Assembly (NCBI RefSeq): GCF_009914755.1 | Contig: NC_060936.1 | DNA from: the human T2T-CHM13v2.0 reference genome, Homo sapiens | DNA length: 64,000 nucleotides | Direction: 5' to 3' (one strand) | Shown here: positions 52,719-64,000 of the stretch, piece after piece | Layout of the letters: each line of letters begins with the position of its first letter | Numbering within the stretch: position 1 is the first letter of the stretch | The notes under the pieces: model-generated | What the model was told of the DNA's origin: nothing | Database searches by the model: none | What the model saw: only the letters and a program-made list of their open reading frames with translations | Position numbers and translations under genes: made by a program

Positions 52719-54025
52719 ACTGTCATGCAAAACCAGTGTGCTCACTCTGCTGGTCTACTGTGTATGGTAGGGTAGAAAAAAATAACACTAGTTTCTCCTA
52801 AAATAAAATACAATTTGTAAATTCACAATATTTTTTCCTTTTTTAAATTTTCTATTCCCGTTATAGGATTCCTTGTAGCTTAGAAAAACACTTACTGAAT
52901 TAAACTGCATAATTTATTGGTTTGGAGTTGTAGTTGTACTACTCTATACTGATAATTGAATAAATGCTCCAGATTCTCTTTTCATAATCTAAATGTTATT
53001 TGCCATTTTCTTCATACAATAAGCTGAGAAATATAAGAGGAAAAAATGCCTTATTTGAAAGTCTAAGAATTTTTACTAATATTTAAGGTTAGCGAATATT
53101 AACCTAGGTTTCTTAACAATGTTGGTCCTAATTAGATATGGCATTGAAAAACAAAATAAGTAATCTTTTAAACTTAACAGTATGAGGATACTGTGAAAGT
53201 CACTCTCTTTTTAAAAGTATAGACACTCTAAACCTTTGATTTCAAATATACAGAGCAGAAACAAAAGCCTCACCCAAGTAACTGTCCTCTGAAGCATTAG
53301 GAACATTTCCTACTTCAACACAAATCCTTAGCTTTAAGAGATTTTCTTCTATAGATTTACAACACTTCTCCCTCGAATGCGTATTTGGGAACATGGACTA
53401 ACTCCATTTTTTTTTTGTTTTGTGTTCATGTGCAGATAAATAATTCATTGTAGCTACTACAATTCCTCTGAAAGTCCCTAGAAATTATATAACAGTGCAA
53501 GTATGATATAAAATATAAAAGACAGTAAGTGATGAGTATTGTTACTTTTACAACCTACTGGATCTCCTTATCTGTGTCTTAGTTTACACAGCTGAACACT
53601 ATGATCTGTCTTCACGGTTTACAGCTCTAGAAAGTGGCTGCTTACTGAAGATATTCTGAAAAAAATGCTGTTTTTTCCTACTTTAAGAAAACTTTATATT
53701 TTTCTTTTTCTGATTTTTAAAATAATAAAATATAGCTGTTCTTGAATATTTATTGTTCCTCAATCTATCTTAGTTGCTGGCAATTTGTTTTCAGTGATAA
53801 CATTTCTCTTACTATTCCATAATTTTCGAGAGAGAGAGAGACATATATATGTACATACAAAATGTACATATTCAGAAAAATATGCATATTTTACCCCCAA
53901 TTTTTAGTGTTGCCTTTTTTTGTACCCAAGGCAATCTTCTGCAATGGAATTTAATTTTTAAATTATTTTTCTAGTGGAGGACATGCTATTGTTACAAAAT
54001 ACTGAATTTGATTAACATTAGTGGT

Positions 54026-54153
54026 ATACTGAAAAATAGATTTAAATTGAACAGAATCAATGTCCTAAAGATTGAAATATGTCTTAACATCTAGGGACAT
54101 TAAGAAACATATTCACCGTCACTCCATATAATTGAAGACATCAGTGTCTTTTT
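54026..54153 (+). repeat. Local direct repeat A, copy 1 (partner 55222-55352)
   Basis: Hand alignment ~85% over first ~90 nt, including shared agatttaaattgaacagaatcaa. Confidence 0.9.
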
Positions 54154-54262
54154 ATTCAATGTAGAAATTATTATATTTTCCTTTGTAGTTCTTCATTTCA
54201 TTTAGTCCTACTCTAAGCAAAAATAAAAGCACACTGTGAAAACACTTTAAAACATATAGCAT

Positions 54263-54665
54263 TGTTATGGGTTGAACTGTGTCCGCCCAAATTCATATAT
54301 TGAAGTCCTCACTCCTTTGTACCTCACAATGGTACTTAGAGTCTTTATAGAGGTTATCAAGTTAAAATAAGGTCATTAAGGTGTCCCCTAATACAATATG
54401 ATTGATATCTATTTAAAAAGGGAAAATTTGGACACAGAGATGTATACAGAAAAAAAATGTGAAGACGCTGAGAGAAGACATCCATGTATAAGCCAAGAAA
54501 AGAGCAGTTTAACAGATACCTCCCTCACAGCCCTCAGAAGAAACTGACCCTGCCTTTACCTTTTCTCTGGCTCCTAATCTTCAGAACTATGAAAAAGTAC
54601 ATTTCTCTTGGTTAAGTCATCCAAGTTGTGGAACTTTGCTAAAGCAGCTCTAACAAACTAATGCA
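54263..54665 (+). mobile_element. MLT1B solo LTR
   Basis: tgttatgggttgaactgtgtcc; aggggaaaatttggacacagag-like motif; ccctcacagccctcagaag; ends aaactaatgca. Confidence 0.88.
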
Positions 54666-55221
54666 AGTTCTTTAAAATTGTATTATCTTGTGCTTATTAA
54701 TATCATCTGGTTCTTCACGGTAACAGCAACTTTTGAAATCAACAGCTCCAGGAGACCATACCGGCATTGTCCAATGAGACATAGTCCTCCCTTCTACCTG
54801 GATTATTACTTATTGATCATGTCCTACACTCCGTTTGCCCTCATGGGCTTTGATTCCTTAATGTAGAAATTGTATACATAGCCTAGTGATTAAGAGATTT
54901 GGGGCCAGACTTTCTGAGTTGAAATACTGACTGCTTTATTTGCTAGCTATGAGTTTTTATGCAATTTACTTTGTCTATGTGCTTTACTAGCTGCAAAATT
55001 TGTGAGGCCTACTGCAATAGGATGATGTGGGTTACCTCATAAGAAATGCAGGAAAAAAGTGACATTAAATGTAACTAAAAATTAAACAGTTTTTAAAAAT
55101 TTATTAATTATAAAATGTAATAGAGAACCATGATACATGAATAAAAACATAAATTTACAAACGAAAAACATTTTGGTGTCATAAATTTATGTAATATAAC
55201 AAATAGTGAAAGATAAACAAA

Positions 55222-55352
55222 ATATTGAAAAACAGATTTAAATTGAACAGAATCAAAGTTTTAAAGATTGAGATTTGTCTTTGTATCTAGGGATATCAGG
55301 GAACATATTCACTCACCAGGATTCTATATCATTGAAAATGTCAATATCTTTT
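55222..55352 (+). repeat. Local direct repeat A, copy 2 (inside the hAT element)
   Basis: Matches 54026-54153. Confidence 0.9.
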
Positions 55353-55825
55353 AATACTTTATTAATGTGGTATCTTGATTAATCATAAGATTTTTCTGGA
55401 TCACTTCTGCAAATTTGTTTATTAAGTCATCAAAACTTATACTTAAATTTTCTAAAAATATGTGTGAAAGTGACATCAATTGCTCTTGAGAAATGCAACG
55501 CCACAAATAATTTTCTATTTTGAGAAGAATATTTTTGGTAAACTACTAAAGCTATGTAGAGTATTTATGACTCAATACAAATCTATTTTATGTATTCTGA
55601 GTTTAGTTTTAAATTTAAACTTACACAATATTATTTTAACACTTCTTCAGAAATTCCCTGTAACTTGTAGAATCAATTTAAGAAACTAAAAATGGATTCA
55701 TTATATATATATATATATATAAAGTTCAAAATGCCTGGTAATGCATTTTATCTTCGTATCTTCAATTAGGAGAGAAAATTTAATTTTAGAGTTGCTTTTC
55801 TTATTAATTTTAAAGTTATCTTTAT

Positions 55826-55969
55826 TCCAAAAAGATAGTGGACATGCAAACTATTTTTCCTTTAGGAGAGTATGAGAGGAAAAAGCAGCTGACAAACATA
55901 CTAAGAAGAAAACATCTGAAATTTTAATGAATTTTTAAAGATTAAATGTAAGTTATCCTGAGAATTTAG
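55826..55969 (+). repeat. Local direct repeat B, copy inside the hAT element (partner 57395-57540)
   Basis: ~86% by hand alignment; both copies start tccaaaaagat and end tgagaatttag. Confidence 0.92.
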
Positions 55970-56649
55970 TTTATTTGAAGATTCATATGGAAATCATGTT
56001 CTTTTCTGTTCAATATGGTGATCTTTAAATTTAATTTTTATTTTTAAGACTGTTGATATCTGCTTTCCAATATTGCAGCAGTTTTCAAAACTGGATATTC
56101 CAAACACTTTGAAGAATTTTAGCCACTTCCTGGTACGTTTTATTACAACATTTATGTGTAAGTTTTATTTTTTAATTATTTGCTGACATAGTATATTGCC
56201 TGTGCATTAACAGTTCTTGTCCAGCCCTCGGTTTAGAGAGTTAATATTTGTGCACAAGCCACAAGGATGGGCTCTGGGGATGGACGATCCAGCCATACTC
56301 TCTCCATGGAGCCTAGTGCTGCTGATATATGGAGCCTCACTTCTCTCTTGTGGCTAGAACCACTACTGCCATCTCTACTGCATCTCACCATGGCTCCTAA
56401 TCTGGACCCAGGTGCCACCTGGTTTTCTTGGGACCCCAGAATACCCCCTGAACTGGCTGAAGCCTATACCTGTGTGATGGGGCACCAGGCCAATTGCTTA
56501 AAGCCTAAGGCTCAAAATCCTGAGCCTGCACTTGCATGGACATCCTGAGGCCAATCTCCACCACTTACTGGCTTGCTCTATATCTCATAGACTTTACTTG
56601 TAATTCAAAAATAAAAGTATTAGGAATTTCTAGGTGGCAATAGCAGATT

Positions 56650-56754
56650 CTTTTTAAAAAATGTATTATTGATATTTCTTCTTTTAAAACTCATACTTTA
56701 AGTTCAAGGGTACAAGTGCAGTTTTGCTACATAGGTAAATTTGTGTTGTGGGAG
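56650..56754 (-). mobile_element. Very short L1PA/PB 3' tip nested in the hAT element
   Basis: tttaagttcaagggtacaagtgcag..ttgctacataggtaaa. Confidence 0.75.
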
Positions 56755-57194
56755 TTTAAAACTAAGTGTGGGGCCCTTCTCAGAGTAATGCCCTATACTT
56801 TTTACTGTAGAGGTCACATGCCTATATACCTTGCCCTGCCCTGTCTGTGTTTGCTTACTGAACTTAAGGTTAGAATGATAATGCCTACGTTATAAAGTTG
56901 GTGATGATGCTAAATGAGATTGTAAATATGAAGCGTTTATAACAGAGTAGACCACATTTATAGCAAGCTCTCTGTAAATATAAGCTCTATTATTATTACA
57001 ATAATGTGTGAGACACAGTCACTGCTTCAGACGTGTTTGTAATCTAGTTAGAGAGACAGACATGTGGACAATCCACTACAACAATATAATAAATAAATAT
57101 CACTAGGCATTGGGAATATAAAAATGCCTTGTCTACAAGAGATCTATGGAAGTGAAACTGACATTTATATAATTATTGTTTAATATGATTAGTG

Positions 57195-58230
57195 TGAGCT
57201 CTACTTCCACTTAGGATGTAGAAAATCTCAAGACACAGGACAATGTCACTACTACTCTAATATCAAAAAAAGAAAATAGAAGAAAGGAAAAAGAGAAAGT
57301 ATAATCTAAGAAATTATAACTTTTCTGAGCTCATCAGAGAATTGAGGTTGAAAGACAACTAGGTGAACTGAATTCCAAAAGGGTGACAGTCCCCTCCAAA
57401 AAGATGGTGTACATGCCAACTATTTTTCCTTTAGCAGAGTGTGAGAGGAAGAAGCAGCTGACATAAACATGCTAAGAGGGAAACGTCTAAAATGTTAATG
57501 AATTTTTGAAGATTAAATTTGGGAAATCATGAGAATTTAGAATTTCTCGAAACTTCAAACATGAGGTACCTCAGCACTTTCTTACCAGCCTTTTAACATG
57601 GGCCTCCACTGGGTGCATGTGAGAAAGACTGGGATCAGAGAAAAGAACCTGACAAGCTCCACCCCCTGTGTCAGTGGTGCAGGTATGCAAATGAGACTAC
57701 AGTATTCAAATGGTGCTGCTGGAGAACAGACATGAAATCCAGACTCTAGGCAGAGGCAAGAATGCTCAGGGTTTTATATTTTTGCAGTAATACAAAGCAA
57801 AGCTACTGGGGACAGACAGGAAATGCACTCTTGGCCTAGACCCTCCTCATCCTTACAAGGCAGAGTTCTGGTCGGCAGGGGATTGGGAAGGGTGAGTTGC
57901 TGGGAGATATAAGGAATGCTCAGAAAGCCCCATCCTGGAAGGGTAAGTGTACAGGGCTTACCTAAGACTGAGGCTGGAATAAGAGAACTGAGAAATTTCC
58001 CGGCTCCTACCATAAGGCCTGCATGAAATAATAAGCAACAGCAGTAAACTGCTGAGATAACACTAGGAACATGGACAAAGACCCTTTCTGAGTCGTCCCT
58101 ATGCAGGGCTGCTCAAAGCAACCATGCTGAGAAAAGCCTTCCAACACTCTAGATGTTATACAAAGCACAAGATAGCAGTAGTCCTCAACATAAGGACCCA
58201 GGATCATCTCCACTGATATTTAGGCCATAG
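57195..58230 (+). mobile_element. Old L1M 5'-region fragment (contains repeat B partner at 57395-57540)
   Basis: tctacttccacttaggatgtag; tcagagaattgaggttg; cctaagactgaggctggaataagagaactgagaa resemble L1MC/M4 5' ends. Confidence 0.6.
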
Positions 58231-58616
58231 CAGAAAAGTGCCACGAGATGGCACCAAACCTCAAACACTTCCTGAACAGGTCTGGATTACATAGCTGTAC
58301 TCCTGGACCACCCATTTTTCTAGATGTATAGTCTAGTCCTAGTCATTGAATGTTTCTTGTCTGTCATTACAACCGTGCATTTAATATTAATGTTTTGCCT
58401 TTATTATTACTGGCCATTGTGACATAGAATATCTGTGTTTTTTTTTTAATTTGAGTTTTCTAAAACTATGTATTACAAAAGTGGTATGACTTGAGGAATG
58501 TTTTATATATGCAATTGGGTTGGAAGAAGTGATCAAACATGCACACAAACAGAGAGAGAAAGAGAGAAAGGGAGAACTCTAAGATGAAATGAAATAAATG
58601 TCCTAGTTGAATTTGT

Positions 58617-58619
<3 letters not shown>

Positions 58620-58667
<48 letters not shown>
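58620..58667. repeat. (AT)~24 microsatellite
   Basis: Uninterrupted AT dinucleotide run. Confidence 0.98.
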
Positions 58668-58670
<3 letters not shown>

Positions 58671-59034
58671 GCAAATACAGTGGCACACAGGAAATGAGAT
58701 CATATGTCATGTTTTAGTGTAGTTTCTCATGATCCTCAAGAGTCCTCATGGGACATTAAGCTGTCACTAACATATTTGCAGGATCTGGAAAATGGAATTC
58801 TTGCTATATCATGGACATCAAGTAAGGATGGCTATTAACTCTCTAATGCAGAACTACATTTTTAAATTTGCATTTACTTTTAACATTTTTATGCATTAAT
58901 GATCTTGCCTAAATCAATGATTACTTTGGAGATTATAAAATGGTGATTTGTTACTTCTAGGTTTACGCTGTTTCATTTTATCTCATTTTATTTTGATTCC
59001 AAGAGAGAAAAAAAATAATAAATGTGCATCATCA

Positions 59035-59400
<366 letters not shown>

Positions 59401-59589
59401 CTCAAAAGTCATTACAAGAAGAAATAAGAGATATTTTAGAAGAAAGATATAAAAAAGGCCTTTCCTAATATATATTTGATGATTTTCCAAGAGGCAAGAG
59501 TTCAGCTTACTTGTTCTCCTCATTATGTGGTTGGAGGTTGGGTGTATTAGATAAACCAAGGCAGGCATATTTTTAATTTATCACATTTC

Positions 59590-60015
59590 TTATCTTGGTC
59601 TCCGGGCTCTATATCACTTTATCCTCACTTGATCTCACAAAGTCTTCTATAATTCTCTCCTGTGATCCATACAGTACAGGTGCATTTGCCCCTTCTTATT
59701 CCTCAGACATATGCCACTTTGCCAGATTGTCATATAGCTTCCTTCTTCTTGTCTTTCATTTCTTGGATTCAGTGTCCTGTCCCTAGACTGTCCTTTTCAG
59801 ACCATTCAATATAGAGTATCTGCTGCCTGCTCTGTGTTACAGGAGCCTCCTTAAAATCCATGCTAGCATTTGTGATATCTGTTTTTTGTTTTTTTCTTTT
59901 TTGGTCCTTTCCTGTCTTCCCCTACTAGAATGTCAGTTCCAGAATAGCAGGTGTCTTGGCAATCTATCCGTTTCTTACTATATCCCACCACCTAGAGTAG
60001 GATTGTAAACAGTGT
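59590..60015 (+). mobile_element. L2 fragment
   Basis: cctgtcttcccctactagaatgtcagttccagaatagcagg...cccaccacctagagtag. Confidence 0.5.
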
Positions 60016-60758
60016 TTTTTGTTTTTTTTTTTAATATAAAAGCACCTTTGTTTATTCACTTCTTAAACTTTTACCTTTTCACTTTCTTATTATTAGGTAT
60101 AAAATATGGATTTACATGTAAAAAAAATATTTAATGGCCCAGGAGTCCTGCTTCTTTTAGTGGCAATTGTAATTCGGTTCAACCCTCTCAGTAAGGTAGA
60201 TTAAGAAAGTGTGTATCTGCGTATGTGTCTGTGCATGTGCACACATGTGCATTTGGAGTGCTAGGAAGACAATTATAGGACCAAATTCCAAAATAAAAGA
60301 AAATGAAACTTAGAGAAACATGAACCTGGTATTTAGCTCAATTTTTTCCTTTAGGAGTATCTGCCAATTCAGGAAGAAGTGGTTGGTGAGATCAAGAAGT
60401 TGTTGAGAGTTTTTGGAAAATTCATAGAAATGAAAATAAAAATTGGGTTCAAATTTTGCTAAGAGACATTGGTAATTCACCAACAGTTTTAATTAGGATT
60501 CTGATGATCTACACCCCTCAAATAAGGGGAAAATATATTTGCAACTTCTAATTTAAATTCTTGATAATATGAAGGTCACTCTGGTCTATTGATAGCCCTA
60601 GACACTTGCATAAAGAAAAATCAACCTACTCTAGAGGATAAGAAAATTATCCTGGACCTTAAATCCTTTTTGCATATTTTTATATTGAACCTTGCAAACA
60701 ATGAAGGGCAACTGGGCAAATGAATAAACAGATGATGTAGCAGAAAAGAAGAGAACTA

Positions 60759-61184
<426 letters not shown>

Positions 61185-61369
61185 TTACTCTCCTCCCTCC
61201 CCCAGCCCATTTCACCTTTTCTCTATGAAAGGCAACCTCCTTGTTCCAGGGCTTATCCTAAGGTATCATTGTGCTCTTTGTCTCCTTTCTTTCTGTCATA
61301 CTCTACACATGATTGGTTAGGAAATATTTACTTTTATTCCAAAATATAGACAAATACAGTTGCTAATAA

Positions 61370-61690
61370 TTTCTCATCACATCCACAGCTACCACCTTGC
61401 TTCCCTATCTTACTGAATGCTTGTAGCCTCTGCTTACAGTCTTAACACAGCAGTCAGTATAGTCCTATTAAAGCATAAATAAAACCAGATTGCTGTTTGC
61501 TCAAAATTTTGCAATAGCCACCCTTACACTCAGACTAAAAGTAAAATCCATAAAATGGCTTACAATGCTCTAAGCCTTTCCAAATCCATGTCATGGCCTT
61601 AGAGACAGCTGTATGTCTGTATCATGTATTTATCTTACCCCAAATCTTCTATAATAGTGTGTATCATAGGATGTCAATTAACTACAACTC
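61370..61690 (+). mobile_element. L2 fragment
   Basis: tcttaacacagcagtcag; tttgctcaaaattttgcaatagc; aatggcttacaa. Confidence 0.55.
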
Positions 61691-61844
61691 TGCATTTTCC
61701 TATAATATACATGTTTACAGTGAGCAGAGAAGTGTTTTGTTGACACTGAAAAAACTGCAATGAAAACTATATACTGGAAGGTTATATCAATCCTTTTTAA
61801 AAACCTTATGATTTTGGTAGCAGAATGATGTTTCAGTTGTCATC

Positions 61845-62400
<556 letters not shown>

Positions 62401-64000
62401 TTAAACAACTAATAGTTTGCTTTCATCATTTTTGCTTTCATATAGTATTTTCTGATTATATAAATCTCCCTTTGAGCACCAGACAGCTATTTTATTAACC
62501 AATTTTAATCTCCTGATAGTCTAAAGATAAAAATAATTGTATATACACAGCTCTTAACTTTTTTTTTTTTTTTGCTTTTGAGTAATGTTTCATGATTAAA
62601 GCAATTCCTCATTGGACTCCAGAGAATTCTTTTATTGATCTATTTCAATCTAATGGTGGTTTAAAGATAAATAAGCTTGACTATAAAAAACTGTTTTGGA
62701 GCAGAGAAGCTAGAAACTAGAGCACAGCCCTGATTGTCATATAGTTCTAAAGACTTGTTTATCACACTATGTTTAGAGGTACATTTCAATTAAAGATTGT
62801 CAAATTTTGGAAGTTGAGCTTTTCCTAAAACATAGGTTCCCCAGAGCTTTCAGGGATCTATTTTGTTGTTGTTGTTGTTGTTTGTTTCTTTTCTTTTTCT
62901 ACATAAATGCAAGGTATAACTACTTTTTAACTATAATTAATTTTCTTCAATCAAATTAGATTATGTAATTAAACTAAAATTAAAATAATGAAATAGAAGG
63001 TAAGACAATGCTATATGACTGTTTATTTTAAACCTTGTTTTAGCAAGATGAGTAATACATTAATAAATCCAACAACCTTGGTTGCTGTCACCGTGACCTG
63101 GACCCTCCTAGTCCACATCCTGAATCAGGATCTTGGACGTCACCCACAGTGGAAGCTGTGCCATGTGAGTGGAAAAAATGGAAACCACATTTTGATATTC
63201 AGTTCTGAGGAGGAAACTCTTTTGTCAAAAACAATTTGTTTCACAATTTTAATTTCAATTATCTACAGCCTGATAGCTAAAATGTGCTTTCCTTTTGTTT
63301 TGATTTGCTGAGGAAGCACAGATCAATCTACATGGCCACATGCACACAGCTGCCAAAACCGTTCCTTATAAAAAGGATAATTTCTACACAATGGGGAGAG
63401 CAAGTACATTTCCTGCCCCTCTCAAAATTATATCTGTCTACTTTGGCATAAGAAAATAATTCCCACCTTACTTTCCCAAATTAACATTAAATTTGTAATA
63501 GGTGAGCAAATTATATATTTAAATATCATGTATTATAAGACAAATAATTGAAATTTACCTTGATAGCAGTTTGGTTTTGCACAATTTTTTACACATAAAT
63601 ACATTTTATATATATATATCTTTTATATATATTATTGTTGTTTATAATAAACAATATTATAATAATAGAATATTGGTTGACTTCTTAAAACATTTAAGAA
63701 AAAAGAAAATCTTAAAAAATAATAAGCCAATTTTTATACAGCTTTTTATAGGTTTTTTGTTCGCAAAATAATGTGATAATATTTTATGTGGAAGACTTAT
63801 ATTCTTGCAATAACATTTACTAAAATTCTAAGTTCCATATACTTACAAAGCTTTTGACACTCAGGGAGATGTTATAAATAACATTAGACTAGATTCAAAA
63901 TTCTAAAGTTTAGAAAACCATTGTCAATGGTATATTTAACTTGTAAATCTTTTTCTTCAGAAACAAGTTTTAAAAAGCAACCTGCAACTCTTTATATTCA

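Larger units (their letters stand above)
54982..56843 (-). mobile_element. Zaphod/MER115-like hAT-Tip100 DNA transposon with degraded transposase C-terminus
   Basis: Minus strand ~55390-55515 translates NYLWRCISQEQLMSLSHIFLENLSISFDDLINKFAEV (hAT dimerisation-domain pattern); MER91/Zaphod-type ends; imperfect 8-bp TSD tctatgtg / tctgtgtt. Confidence 0.8.
54880..56998 (+). mobile_element. MIR split by the hAT element (arms ~54880-54981 and ~56844-56998)
   Basis: 5' half tagtgattaagag...gccagact...gctagctatga; 3' half ...ctaaatgagatt...gctctattattatta. Confidence 0.65.

Noticed and set aside
56233-56548. 93-aa and 61-aa ORFs in a GC-rich patch
   Set aside because: Subterminal region of the Zaphod/MER115-like element
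60342-60357. tttttcctttaggag also present in repeat B
   Set aside because: Only 15 low-complexity nt with no flanking similarity; not a third copy

Overview
AT-rich primate (very probably human) genomic DNA with no CpG island and no intact protein-coding gene that I can support; it looks like intergenic DNA or the interior of a large intron. Much of it is fossil interspersed repeat: Alu J/S/Y, L1, L2, MIR, CR1/L3, MaLR LTRs (MLT1, MST, THE1), hAT and Tc1/mariner elements. The one gene-derived feature is a processed pseudogene of PDRG1 (about 50205-51447, + strand). The most unusual structures are: (i) a Zaphod-like hAT-Tip100 fossil (54982-56843) containing two ~130-145 bp segments that match DNA ~1.2 kb upstream and ~1.6 kb downstream; (ii) two adjacent stem-loops with G-U pairs in unique DNA at 33.39-33.63 kb; (iii) a two-LTR MLT1 element with a 5-bp TSD; (iv) a twin-primed L1 with a ~22-bp inversion. 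I found no convincing new biological system; these are leads. Repeat family names come from my recollection of consensus sequences, not a database search, and boundaries of old repeats are approximate.
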